Positions 25,540 to 34,502 of a stretch of 58,668 bases of DNA are shown in pieces. The position numbers and the translations under genes are program-made. The notes beneath the pieces are model-generated. The model worked only from the letters and a program-made list of their open reading frames with translations, was not told the origin of the DNA and did no database searches. Location: the NCBI GenBank assembly GCA_964607015.1, contig CAZSHN010000001.1:1-58668 (forward strand). The letters run 5' to 3'. Origin of the DNA: an uncultured Candidatus Saccharibacteria bacterium. GTDB taxonomy: Bacteria > Patescibacteriota > Minisyncoccia > Minisyncoccales > JAGGXC01. Position 1 is the stretch's first letter. Each line of letters begins with the position of its first letter.

Positions 25540-27573
25540 ATGAAACTCGTAATAGTTGAGTCTCCAACAAAAGCAAAAACAATCCAAAAATTCTTGGACC
25601 AAAAATTTAAGGTCCTTTCTTCTTATGGTCATGTAAGAGACTTACCTAAAACCAAATTTGGAGTTGATCTAGAAAATAACTTTCAGCCAAGCTATGTTAT
25701 TCCTAAAAAAGCAAAGAAAGTTATAAGGGAAATCAAGAAAGAGGCAAAGGAGGCAGAAGAAGTCGTTCTTGCTACCGATGAAGACAGAGAAGGAGAAGCA
25801 ATAGCATGGCACCTTTCTCAAGTCCTTAAATTTTCAGAAGATGATTATCAAAGAATTGTTTTTCATGAAATAACAAAATCTGCTATCAAAAAGGCACTAG
25901 ATTCTCCAAGAAAGATTAATGTTGATCTAGTGAATGCTCAACAAGCAAGAAGAATACTCGACAGGATTGTAGGTTACAAGCTATCTCCTTTTCTTTGGAA
26001 AAAAATAGTCAGAGGGCTATCTGCAGGAAGGGTTCAGTCTGTAGCCGTAAGATTGGTTGCTGACAGAGAAAAAGAGATTAAGGAATTTAAGCCAAAAGAA
26101 TATTGGCAAATTAAAGCTCTCTTGGAAAAAGAAGATAAAGAACTTGAATCACTTTTATCAGAAAGAAAAGGAAAAAAAATTCCAAAGCTTGGAATTAAAA
26201 CCGAAAAAGAGGCAAAAGAAATACTGGAAGAAGTGAAAAATGCAGAATACAAGGTAAAAGAGATTGAAAGAAAAGAAATAAAAAGAAACCCTCCCTCCCC
26301 TTTCACCACTAGTATTCTTCAACAAGAAAGCTGGAAAAGATTCCGAATGCCAGCAAGATTTACAATGAGAGTAGCTCAAAACTTATACGAAAAAGGATTG
26401 ATCACCTACCACCGAACTGATTCTTTTAATCTTTCTGAATCTTCTCTCTCTACAGCAAAACAAATTATTATAAAAAAATACGGAAAAGATTACTGGCCTG
26501 GATTTAAAAGAAAATATAAGGCAAAAGGAAAGGCTCAAGAAGCACACGAGGCAATAAGGCCGACCAATCCAAACAAAGAACCAGAAGAACTAAAGAAATT
26601 AAGTAAATTAAATCATAATCATTTCAAAATATATAAACTAATTTGGGAAAGATTTATTGCTTGCCAAATGAGCCAAGCAGTATTTGACGCTACACAGATT
26701 AAAATAAAAGCAAATGAATGTATTTTCAAAAGCTCTGGTCAGATTTTAAAATTTGATGGCTTCTTAAAGGTCTATTCTCAAAAATTCAAAGAGAGTGAAT
26801 TGCCAAACCTAGTAGAAGAAGACATACTAAAACTAATTAAAGTTGACCCTTCTCAACATTTTACCAAGCCACCAGGAAGATTTACTGAAGCTTCTTTGAT
26901 TAAGGAGTTAGAAAAGAATGGTATTGGACGACCCTCTACTTACGCTCCAATTATTGCTACTATAAAAGATAGAAATTACGTCGAAAAAGACGAACAGAAA
27001 AGATTTAAACCTACCGAGATAGGTTTAATGGTGAATGATCTTTTGGTAAAACATTTTCCAGAAATAGTAAATATTCAATTTACTGCAAAGATGGAAGATG
27101 ACCTTGATGAAATAGCACAAGGAGAAAAAGATTGGACTAAAATAATAAAAGAATTCTACGAACCATTTGAAAAAAACTTAAATAAAAAACAAAAAGAAGT
27201 AGTGAAAAAGAAACTAGTTGAAAAAACAGATCAAAAATGCCCTAAATGTGGATCTCCTTTAGTTATAAAGCTAGGGAGATTTGGAAAATTTTATGCCTGC
27301 TCTAATTTTCCTGAATGTAAATTTAGCAAACCTCTTCCTCCTCCAAAAATAGGAGTAAAATGCCCTGACTGCGGAGAAGGAGATGTGGTAAAAAGAAAAA
27401 CAAGAAAAGGAAAATTCTTCTTTGGATGTAGTCGCTTTCCTGAATGTAAATTTGCAACATGGAACAAACCAACTGGTAAAGAGTGTCCTCAGTGCGGAAA
27501 ACCATTAACAGAAACAAAAAGTGGTCAAGTAAAATGTTCCAATAAAGAGTGTAGCTACAAGGAAAGTAATTGA
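25540..27573 (+). CDS. topA: DNA topoisomerase I (type IA) with three C-terminal zinc ribbons
   Basis: 677 aa. It has the TOPRIM motif LVIVESPTKAKTI..ATDEDREGEAIAWH, the active-site region ITYHRTDS, and three CPxCG...C..FPEC-type fingers. Confidence 0.95.
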   Translation: MKLVIVESPTKAKTIQKFLDQKFKVLSSYGHVRDLPKTKFGVDLENNFQPSYVIPKKAKKVIREIKKEAKEAEEVVLATDEDREGEAIAWHLSQVLKFSEDDYQRIVFHEITKSAIKKALDSPRKINVDLVNAQQARRILDRIVGYKLSPFLWKKIVRGLSAGRVQSVAVRLVADREKEIKEFKPKEYWQIKALLEKEDKELESLLSERKGKKIPKLGIKTEKEAKEILEEVKNAEYKVKEIERKEIKRNPPSPFTTSILQQESWKRFRMPARFTMRVAQNLYEKGLITYHRTDSFNLSESSLSTAKQIIIKKYGKDYWPGFKRKYKAKGKAQEAHEAIRPTNPNKEPEELKKLSKLNHNHFKIYKLIWERFIACQMSQAVFDATQIKIKANECIFKSSGQILKFDGFLKVYSQKFKESELPNLVEEDILKLIKVDPSQHFTKPPGRFTEASLIKELEKNGIGRPSTYAPIIATIKDRNYVEKDEQKRFKPTEIGLMVNDLLVKHFPEIVNIQFTAKMEDDLDEIAQGEKDWTKIIKEFYEPFEKNLNKKQKEVVKKKLVEKTDQKCPKCGSPLVIKLGRFGKFYACSNFPECKFSKPLPPPKIGVKCPDCGEGDVVKRKTRKGKFFFGCSRFPECKFATWNKPTGKECPQCGKPLTETKSGQVKCSNKECSYKESN

Positions 27574-27605
27574 CAAAAACAACAAAGCTGTTAATTTAAA
27601 CCTAG

Positions 27606-27693
27606 GCCGGAGTGCTGGAATTGGCAGACAGGGTGGACTCAAAATCCACTGAGGTAACCCCTCGTGTGGGTTCAACTCCCACCTCCGGCACCA
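27606..27693 (+). tRNA. tRNA-Leu (anticodon CAA) with encoded CCA
   Basis: GCCGGAGTGCTGGAATTGGCAGACAGGGTGGACTCAAAATCCACTGAGGTAACCCCTCGTGTGGGTTCAACTCCCACCTCCGGCACCA. Acceptor stem is GCCGGAG/CTCCGGC, the anticodon loop is CT-CAA-AA, there is a long variable arm, and the T-arm is GTGGG-TTCAACT-CCCAC. Confidence 0.9.
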
Positions 27694-27698
27694 AAGGA

Positions 27699-27725
27699 AA
27701 AACCCCTCGAGAAGAGGGGTTTTCA
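27699..27725. terminator. Bidirectional intrinsic terminator between tRNA-Leu (+) and the PAP2 gene (-)
   Basis: AACCCCTC-gagaa-GAGGGGTT with an A-run upstream and a T-run downstream. Confidence 0.7.
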
Positions 27726-27737
27726 AGTTAGTAAGAA

Positions 27738-28247
27738 TTATTTTTTTATAAAATTATTAAAAATAACAATAACAATAAAAGCAGACAACACTCCTACTAA
27801 AAATCCTCCTAATATATCTGAAGGCCAATGAACCCCGGAATAAATTCTGCTTACTGCTATCCCAAAAGAACAAAGGAAAAAGAATAATCCTAACTTTTTA
27901 TTATAAGAAAAAATAACAGCCGAGAGCGCAAAAAAGAATGAAGTATGAGCAGAAGGAAAAGAATTACTTTTAAGCTGATCTACTAAAAGATTAACATTGT
28001 TTTCAACAAAAGGACGAGGCCTTTCCCAAATAATTCTAATTAACTCTGTTATTCCTCTAGACAAAAAAGCAGCTGAAAAAGCCATAAGAAAAACTCTCCA
28101 GCGCTTATTAAAGTTTAATAATAGAAAAATTAATAAAAAGGCAACCAGAATAAAAGGAAGATAGTGTGCTAAAAAAACTCCAGCACTATCAAGGTAAAAA
28201 TTCTCTAAAGCAATGTTATTAATTTTTTTGAATAAAAAAGCATCCAT
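27738..28247 (-). CDS. PAP2-family lipid phosphate phosphatase (BcrC/undecaprenyl-diphosphatase-like)
   Basis: 169 aa, polytopic. The three PAP2 motifs are present: KxxxxxxRP (ELIRIIWERPRP), SFPSAH, and SRIYSGVHWPSD. Confidence 0.85.
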   Translation of the reverse strand: MDAFLFKKINNIALENFYLDSAGVFLAHYLPFILVAFLLIFLLLNFNKRWRVFLMAFSAAFLSRGITELIRIIWERPRPFVENNVNLLVDQLKSNSFPSAHTSFFFALSAVIFSYNKKLGLFFFLCSFGIAVSRIYSGVHWPSDILGGFLVGVLSAFIVIVIFNNFIKK

Positions 28248-28873
28248 TATTCTTCTTTTTTCCTCAAAGCAGAACCAATTCTTAAAACACGAGGTTCGGG
28301 TCTAGTTAAATCTATTACTGTTGAGGGTTTGCTTAATTCTAAATCCCCTACATCTATTACCAAATCAGGTTGATATTTCTGGTTTTTAAATTGCTCAATC
28401 ACCCTATCAATTTTCACTAAGCTAGGTTTTCCAGAAATATTAGCTGAAGTTCCAGTTAAAGGTTTCTTAAACTTCTTAATAATCTCTTCAATAAGCTTAC
28501 AATTAGGTATTCTAAAACCAATAGTATCTTCTTTTCCAAAGAGAGCACAAGGAAGAGAACATTTTTCTTTTCTTCTTAGAATAACCGTTACCTTCCCTGG
28601 CCAAACTTCATCTAAAAATGATTCTTGGGAAGATCCAACAATAGCATAATCTTTTGCTGTTTCTATTTTTCTAATAAAAACAGAAAGAGCTTTACTCTTC
28701 TTTCTCTTTTTTATCTTAAAAACCTTCTTTACCGCCTTTTCGTTAGTTGCGTCAGCTATCAATCCATAGACTGTATCTGTTGGACAAACTACAACCTTAC
28801 CTTCTTTTAGAAAGTCGGCAACTTCTTTAATTAGCTCCTTTCTTTTCTCTGGATTATATTTTACAATCTTCAT
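28247..28873 (-). CDS. tsaC: L-threonylcarbamoyladenylate synthase (TsaC/YrdC/Sua5 family, single domain)
   Basis: 208 aa. Family blocks seen are GKVVVCPTDTVYGLIADA, IKKRKKSKALSVF and LTGTSANISGKPS. Confidence 0.9.
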   Translation of the reverse strand: MKIVKYNPEKRKELIKEVADFLKEGKVVVCPTDTVYGLIADATNEKAVKKVFKIKKRKKSKALSVFIRKIETAKDYAIVGSSQESFLDEVWPGKVTVILRRKEKCSLPCALFGKEDTIGFRIPNCKLIEEIIKKFKKPLTGTSANISGKPSLVKIDRVIEQFKNQKYQPDLVIDVGDLELSKPSTVIDLTRPEPRVLRIGSALRKKEE

Positions 28874-28922
28874 ATTTTATTGATTAACGTGTATTAATAT
28901 TAATCAATTAATACAAGCTAAG

Positions 28923-29876
28923 TCAAATTTTATTAACCTTAAAATCAATATTTTTTTTATTTCTTGCTTTCGTAGAATAGTATTGAGTTAATTGTTTAGC
29001 AGCCTTTATTACGCTATCAGAAATCTCTTTCGAGCCATAATTTCTAATTAAAGTAACTGGTCCAGGATATTCTTTCATTTCAATTAAAATATCTTCTTTC
29101 TGGGCAAGATTGCCAATCTTTTCATTTTCTTCTTCGTCTCTGCCCACAATTATAACTATCTCCTCTTCCCAAAAATGCCGGCCATATTTTAATAATTCAA
29201 TATCATTTCCATTACAATCAGGATAATTTTCAAAAAGATCTTTTAATCTTTTCCCAAACTCTGGGTCAGTTAATAAGCAACCTCCTGCAGGGCTTGGATA
29301 ATGCTCCACTCCAAGTTTATTTGCTAGCTCCATTTGTTTCTTTCTTTCTCTTCCTGAAAAATCAAGAAGATCGTCTCTATCAACAATTCCTTCTCTTTCT
29401 GGAATTGTTTCATCAAGCAATCTCGCTGAAAGAGGTCGAAGAAGATGTCCTTTGAGAGAAGATTCTTTTTCGATTAAAGAAAGGGCTTTTTTATTCTGAG
29501 ACATTGGTCTTTGTCCCAAAACCTCTCCTGTAGCAACAAAATCAAAACCCATTTTCTTCATAATCTCTTTTGCTTTTTTTAGCATAAAAAGATGACAATC
29601 AATGCAAGGATTCATTGATTTTCCGTAACCATGCTTTGGATTTTTAACCAACCTTAGATGTTCTTTAGAAAAATCAACTACCATCAAATCAATATCATTC
29701 TTCTCGACTGATTCTATGGCCTGTTTTGCGCTAAAAAAATAGCTTTTGAAGGTCAAAGCTTTTACTTTTATTCCTTGTTTCTCTAAAATCTTTACAGCTA
29801 GAATAGAATCCAGCCCACCGGAAAATAAAACTAGTGCTTTTGCTTTTTTGCTCATATTATTATCCCAGTCTATCAT
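28923..29876 (-). CDS. PP-loop ATP-pyrophosphatase, ThiI/MnmA-like predicted tRNA thiolase
   Basis: 317 aa. It has the PP-loop LVLFSGGLDS, NPCIDCHLFMLKKA, ATGEVLGQRPMSQ (like the ThiI GEsLGQvaSQ block) and PAGGCLLTD. Exact specificity cannot be determined from sequence by eye. Confidence 0.6.
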   Translation of the reverse strand: MIDWDNNMSKKAKALVLFSGGLDSILAVKILEKQGIKVKALTFKSYFFSAKQAIESVEKNDIDLMVVDFSKEHLRLVKNPKHGYGKSMNPCIDCHLFMLKKAKEIMKKMGFDFVATGEVLGQRPMSQNKKALSLIEKESSLKGHLLRPLSARLLDETIPEREGIVDRDDLLDFSGRERKKQMELANKLGVEHYPSPAGGCLLTDPEFGKRLKDLFENYPDCNGNDIELLKYGRHFWEEEIVIIVGRDEEENEKIGNLAQKEDILIEMKEYPGPVTLIRNYGSKEISDSVIKAAKQLTQYYSTKARNKKNIDFKVNKI

Positions 29877-29894
29877 TTTTCAATGTCAAGATAA

Positions 29895-29919
29895 ATAAAA
29901 AAGCACTCAAAAGAGTGCT
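29895..29919 (-). terminator. Intrinsic terminator ending the CofD-like to GGGPS gene string
   Basis: On the minus strand: AGCACTC-TTTT-GAGTGCT followed by TTTTTTATTT. Confidence 0.7.
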
Positions 29920-29924
29920 ATATT

Positions 29925-30671
29925 TTATTTATATTCTCTTACTGCTTTAACGATCTCTTTAAACTGATCCTTCTCTTTCTTCTCAACTACATTGCCAGTA
30001 ACGATGATATCTGCTCCTGCTTTTAGCTTCTCTAAGGCTGTTTCACGATTTTTGATTCCTCCTCCTACAATCAAGGGAATACCTGTGTTTTCTTTAATCG
30101 TTCTAATCATCTCATTAGAAACTGGTTCAGGAGAGCCTGATCCCGCTTCGAGATAAAGAAGTTTTGCTCCGAAATACTTTGCAAAGAATGCATACTGAAG
30201 AGCTTTACGACAATCATCTCTTCTTAACAAATCGGCTTTGCCTATCTCGCCTACTTTCATGCCAGGGCTAATTATAAGATAACCCATTGAAATTGGCTCT
30301 AAGCCCGCTGTTTTTATGTGCAACGTTCCTTTTGCTGCTTCTCTCACTATATAGCGAGGATCATTCGAATTAAGCAAGCTCATAAAAAGAACTCCGTCAG
30401 CTAAAACACTTAGCGCAGATGCTCCTGAAGGAAAGAGGATAATTGGAATAAACTTTTTAATTTTCTTTCTTATTCCTATTATTGTTTGTTCCACCTTAGA
30501 CTCTTCAGCCCCAGAAGATCCTCCGATCAGAATAACATCGGTTCCTGTAAGATATGAAAAAAGAGCAATCTCACCCGCAGCTTCTGATGATTGTTTGTCA
30601 GGATCAATAAGAGTAAAATGCAGCTTCTCTTTTCTTTCTATTCTTCTAGATAAATTTTCCCATGTTTTCAT
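29925..30671 (-). CDS. Geranylgeranylglyceryl / heptaprenylglyceryl phosphate synthase (GGGPS/PcrB family)
   Basis: 248 aa. It aligns by eye along its length with B. subtilis PcrB and archaeal GGGPS: HFTLIDPDK, DVILIGGSSG, LYLEAGSGS, IPLIVGGGIKN, GADIIVTGNVVE. Confidence 0.85.
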   Translation of the reverse strand: MKTWENLSRRIERKEKLHFTLIDPDKQSSEAAGEIALFSYLTGTDVILIGGSSGAEESKVEQTIIGIRKKIKKFIPIILFPSGASALSVLADGVLFMSLLNSNDPRYIVREAAKGTLHIKTAGLEPISMGYLIISPGMKVGEIGKADLLRRDDCRKALQYAFFAKYFGAKLLYLEAGSGSPEPVSNEMIRTIKENTGIPLIVGGGIKNRETALEKLKAGADIIVTGNVVEKKEKDQFKEIVKAVREYK

Positions 30672-31492
30672 ACTATACCCCCTATTAAAAAGGAAATTAA
30701 TGCTATAATCATTCCTAATTTTACAATGTTTTTTGCTTTTTTTGCATTTTTAAAAGAAGCAAAAATTGAAATTAAGAATGCAACGTCTGCTAATAATACT
30801 ACCAGAAAATACTCTCTTCCAAAAATCCCTTGAATCCAAGGATAAAAAGAAAATATTATCGCAGCTAATAGAAAAACTGAAGAAAAAAGCAATGTTCTTT
30901 CTGCTCCTCTCGTTATTGGCAAAGTTTTCCTTTCGCCTTTGTCGCCTTCTAGATCTTCAACATCTTTAATCATTTCTCTTCCCAGATTAGCTAGAAAAGC
31001 AAGAAGAGCCAAGAAAGCAGTATTATAGATTACTCCGATAGAAGCTCCGCCAAACAAAAACAGCGAACCAACTAAATAGCTTATAGCAAGGTTTCCTATA
31101 AAACCTCTTTCTTTTAATCCTTTCTCGTAAGAAATTAAGACAGCAACGCTTATCAATGCAATCAAGAAACAGATCCAGTTAACAAAGAATGCTAATCCGA
31201 GCCCAAGCAAGAAAGACATTAAGGCAAAAATACTTGTTTCTGATAAGCTTAATCTTCCTGAAGGAATAGGTCTTTTTGGATGAGCGACAAGATCAACTTT
31301 CCAGTCAAAGTAATCGTTTATAGCATTACCTCCTGCTATTATAAAAAAAGCAGCTAATGACGCTACGATGACAGATGGAAGATAACTGAAGGTTGCTCCT
31401 TCTACGAGAGAACCAATTATAACTGCAACACCTCCCATTAAACAGTTAAGAGGGCGGGATAATTCTAGATATGCTTTTATTTTTTCTTTCAT
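30668..31492 (-). CDS. UbiA-superfamily prenyltransferase, digeranylgeranylglyceryl-phosphate-synthase-like
   Basis: 274 aa, about 8 TM. The first Asp-rich motif is GGNAINDYFDWKVDLVAHPKRPIPSGRLS. The second is KDVEDLEGDKGERKTLPITRG, close to the archaeal DGGGPS pattern kDieDiegD...G..TlPi. It overlaps the GGGPS start by 4 nt. Confidence 0.8.
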   Translation of the reverse strand: MKEKIKAYLELSRPLNCLMGGVAVIIGSLVEGATFSYLPSVIVASLAAFFIIAGGNAINDYFDWKVDLVAHPKRPIPSGRLSLSETSIFALMSFLLGLGLAFFVNWICFLIALISVAVLISYEKGLKERGFIGNLAISYLVGSLFLFGGASIGVIYNTAFLALLAFLANLGREMIKDVEDLEGDKGERKTLPITRGAERTLLFSSVFLLAAIIFSFYPWIQGIFGREYFLVVLLADVAFLISIFASFKNAKKAKNIVKLGMIIALISFLIGGIV

Positions 31493-31544
31493 TCTTTCAC
31501 CTCTATATTTATTTATAAAGTACTAATCTCTTTTAACTCATTAT

Positions 31545-32180
31545 TTATAACTCTGTCAAGATGCTTCTTAACTCTTCTAAATCCTTAATTGAAAAATCAA
31601 TTTCTTTAACGTCTGATTGGTCTTTATACTTCCCCTCTCCCCTATTTATTCTAACTGTTGTCACTTCTGGAAAATATTTTTTAATTTCAGATAGTACTTC
31701 CGGACTATCATCAATGAAAATTAATTTTTCTTCTCCGCCTACGACTTCTTTTAAGGCATTGGTTTTGTCATTACTTTTTGTAACAAATACTTTTTCAAAA
31801 TAATCTCCGATTCCTGATCTCTTTATTTTCTCTCTGGAAAAAGAACCGTCATCTCCTCCATAAGAAATAATATAAAAATCGAAACGATCTTTGAATTCTT
31901 CTAAAAAAGAAACAACGTCAGAATAAACAAAATCAGGAAATCGTTTCATGATTTCTTCGGAAGCTTCTTCCATCTCTTTAACAGAAACTTCTGGTTTCTC
32001 TTTGTGAATAATTTCAAACTGTTTCTTTGGATTATAAGTCTTCCCTTCTTTTTTAGACTCTTGATAACTTTTATTAAAAAGATCACAGCTAACACCCAGG
32101 GAATCAAAATAATCCTTTATCTCTAAATAAAGTCTTTTAGCGGAAAAGAGAGTATGATCAAAATCAAAGACTATTTTCAT
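31545..32180 (-). CDS. HAD-superfamily hydrolase (phosphatase-like)
   Basis: 211 aa. Motif I is KIVFDFDHTLF, and a late acidic motif is LIFIDDSPE. Confidence 0.75.
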   Translation of the reverse strand: MKIVFDFDHTLFSAKRLYLEIKDYFDSLGVSCDLFNKSYQESKKEGKTYNPKKQFEIIHKEKPEVSVKEMEEASEEIMKRFPDFVYSDVVSFLEEFKDRFDFYIISYGGDDGSFSREKIKRSGIGDYFEKVFVTKSNDKTNALKEVVGGEEKLIFIDDSPEVLSEIKKYFPEVTTVRINRGEGKYKDQSDVKEIDFSIKDLEELRSILTEL

Positions 32181-32187
32181 AAAAATT

Positions 32188-33441
32188 CTACTTTTTCTTA
32201 ATTACACTCTGAGCTTTAGTGTAAAAAGTTGTATTGTCCTCTATGTTATTAAGAACAATAGAATGAGGTCCAATTTTACAATTGCCACCAATTAAAACTC
32301 CTGGCATTAAAGAAACATGAACTCCGATCTTTGTTTCGTTGCCAACTATAGCTCCCAACTGATTCAATCTGGTGTTGACTGCTTTTCCTTTCACAACAGA
32401 TTCTATTTCTTCTCTATCAATTCTAATATTAGCAGTGATAGTTCCTGCTCCTATCCTGCAGCCTCTACCAAAAATAGAATCTCCAAAATAACCAGAATGA
32501 GTATGAGCATTTCTCTGAAATATAGAGCGAGTTACCTCAGAAAAACCACCAATCAAACAATCCTCTTCAATATTAGAATATTCCCTAATTAAAGCATTGT
32601 TTCCCACTATAGAATTGTCTCCAATATAACAAGGACCCTTAACAACAGCTCCTTCAAATATTTTTACATTCTTTCCTATAAACACCTTTCCTGCAACCTT
32701 TGCTGAATCAGATATTTCAGCTGACTTATCAATATTTTTCTCTAAAAAATTATCAAACAGATAATTCTTCATATCAAACAAATGCCAAGGATATTTTAAA
32801 GAAAAAGTGCTTTTATCAGTTTTTACTATCCTTACGTCCTTTTCTTTTGCATACAAAAGTAACGCATCTTCAAGAGAGTACATATGGGCCGGAACTTTTT
32901 TAAGATATTCAAAGAACTCTTTTGGTAAAAAATAAGTTCCTACTACTTTCAAATTAGAAGGCTCTTTTCCTTTTTCTGGCTTCTCTATTAAGCCTAGAAC
33001 CTTATCTTCTTTAACCTTTAATATCCCATAAAGCCAAGGATTGTTAGTTTCTCCTGCCAACAATATCAACTTTCTTTTTTCTTTTTTGAATTTATCAAGA
33101 ATTAAATCAATATGTTCTTTTATGTCTATTCTTTCTGCATTAAGAACGAAAAATTGATCATCTACAAAATCTTTAGCTCTGAGAATTGCATCTCCTGTTC
33201 CTTTTGGTTCAGGTTGAATAACATACTTAACAGGAATTTTAGCATTGTAATCAGCAAGCTCTCTTTCAGCCTCTTTCCCAGGACCTTGAATAATTATTGC
33301 TTCTTTTATTCCTTTTTCTTCTAACCCCTTAATAAGCCAATAAATCAAGGGTTTCCCCATAATTTTAATAAGAGATTTATGGTAGCCGTTAATTGGCCAA
33401 AATCTTGAAGAAGCACCTGCTGATAAAATTACTGCTTTCAT
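32188..33441 (-). CDS. Bifunctional sugar-1-phosphate nucleotidyltransferase / left-handed beta-helix acyltransferase (GlmU-like, archaeal-type)
   Basis: 417 aa. The N-terminus MKAVILSAGASSRFWP is the nucleotidyltransferase G-x-G-x-R loop. The C-terminal third is made of hexapeptide repeats (IGDNSIVGNNALIREYSNIEEDCLIGGFSEV..., IGAGTITAN, IGVHVSLMPGVLIGGNCKIG). Confidence 0.8.
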   Translation of the reverse strand: MKAVILSAGASSRFWPINGYHKSLIKIMGKPLIYWLIKGLEEKGIKEAIIIQGPGKEAERELADYNAKIPVKYVIQPEPKGTGDAILRAKDFVDDQFFVLNAERIDIKEHIDLILDKFKKEKRKLILLAGETNNPWLYGILKVKEDKVLGLIEKPEKGKEPSNLKVVGTYFLPKEFFEYLKKVPAHMYSLEDALLLYAKEKDVRIVKTDKSTFSLKYPWHLFDMKNYLFDNFLEKNIDKSAEISDSAKVAGKVFIGKNVKIFEGAVVKGPCYIGDNSIVGNNALIREYSNIEEDCLIGGFSEVTRSIFQRNAHTHSGYFGDSIFGRGCRIGAGTITANIRIDREEIESVVKGKAVNTRLNQLGAIVGNETKIGVHVSLMPGVLIGGNCKIGPHSIVLNNIEDNTTFYTKAQSVIKKK

Positions 33442-33450
33442 AAAAATTAT

Positions 33451-34416
33451 TTAGATTAATGATTTAATAAGTTTTCCAACTTTTTCAAAACTATGTTCTA
33501 TTATTTTATCACTAATTAGTAAGTTTTCTCCAATAAATTTTTTCTCAGACAACCCTTCTCTAAATTCTACCATTCCCAAAAGCTCAGGATGTTTCTTTTT
33601 GTAATTAGTAATATTTCCGGGAGAAGGAAGATAATTATTATATATTACATAATCAAGTTCTCCAGATAAATAATTTTCAACTTCTTTGGCAAAATCAATA
33701 ACTGTAAAATCAGCCGTCTCTCCTCTCTTTGTCATTATATTAGAAATAAAAACTTTCTTTGCTTTACTCTTTGTTATTTCTTCTTTAATTCCCTCGGGTA
33801 ACAAGCAAGGAACCAAAGAGGAATAAAGATCTCCTGGGCCAATAATAATCATATCAGCGCTTCTAATTTCTTCTAAAACAGAGGGGAAAGCTTTGACTGG
33901 AGGATCTAAAAAAACTTTTTCTATCTTAAGATCCTGATTGTGTTTTTTAGGAACGTCAATTTCATCTTCTCCCATAATTTGCTCACCATTATCTAAAACA
34001 GCGCCGATATTACTTTTTTCAACTGTTATTGGCAAACACTTTCCTTCTACTTCTAAAAATTCATGTAAAACTTCTAATACCTTGTTGTAATCATCGAAAC
34101 TTTTTTCAAGAGAAGCTATAAACGCATTTCCAAGGTTGTGGCCTTTGTGCCCTCCTTCAAAAACCTCACCACCAAACCTAAAGCTAAAAAGCTCCTTCTT
34201 CCAATCTGGAGCCTTGGATAAAGCAAGGAGATGCCTTCTAATATCTCCTGGGGGAAGAATACCAAATTCTTTTCTAAGCTTTCCGCTAGAACCTCCGCTA
34301 TCAAACATAGAAGAGACAGAGACAATATCAATAGAATTATTTACTAAAGCAGGCAGAACTGCTTTAGTTAAAGCGTTTCCTCCACCAAAACAAACAATTT
34401 TCTTATTCTTTGACAT
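33451..34416 (-). CDS. YvcK/CofD-family protein (UPF0052, 2-phospho-L-lactate-transferase fold)
   Basis: 321 aa. Family blocks are KIVCFGGGNAL, MFDSGGSSGKLR, PGDIRRHL and IIIGPGDLYSSLVPCLL. Confidence 0.85.
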   Translation of the reverse strand: MSKNKKIVCFGGGNALTKAVLPALVNNSIDIVSVSSMFDSGGSSGKLRKEFGILPPGDIRRHLLALSKAPDWKKELFSFRFGGEVFEGGHKGHNLGNAFIASLEKSFDDYNKVLEVLHEFLEVEGKCLPITVEKSNIGAVLDNGEQIMGEDEIDVPKKHNQDLKIEKVFLDPPVKAFPSVLEEIRSADMIIIGPGDLYSSLVPCLLPEGIKEEITKSKAKKVFISNIMTKRGETADFTVIDFAKEVENYLSGELDYVIYNNYLPSPGNITNYKKKHPELLGMVEFREGLSEKKFIGENLLISDKIIEHSFEKVGKLIKSLI

Positions 34417-34471
34417 ACGTTTTCTTCTTTATCTGTATAATATAATTCTAACCCTTCCAGAATAAGATATC

Positions 34472-34502
34472 AAATAAAAAAGCTTAGAATTAATTCTAAG
34501 CT
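34472..34502 (-). terminator. Intrinsic terminator closing the orphan island (overlaps the TAG stop of the last island gene)
   Basis: The palindrome AGCTTAGA-ATTAAT-TCTAAGCT is followed on the minus strand by TTTTTATTTG. Confidence 0.7.

Noticed and set aside
27505-27726. A 73-aa minus-strand ORF
   Set aside because: It overlaps the 3' end of topA, the whole tRNA-Leu gene and the terminator hairpin. It is a spurious ORF.
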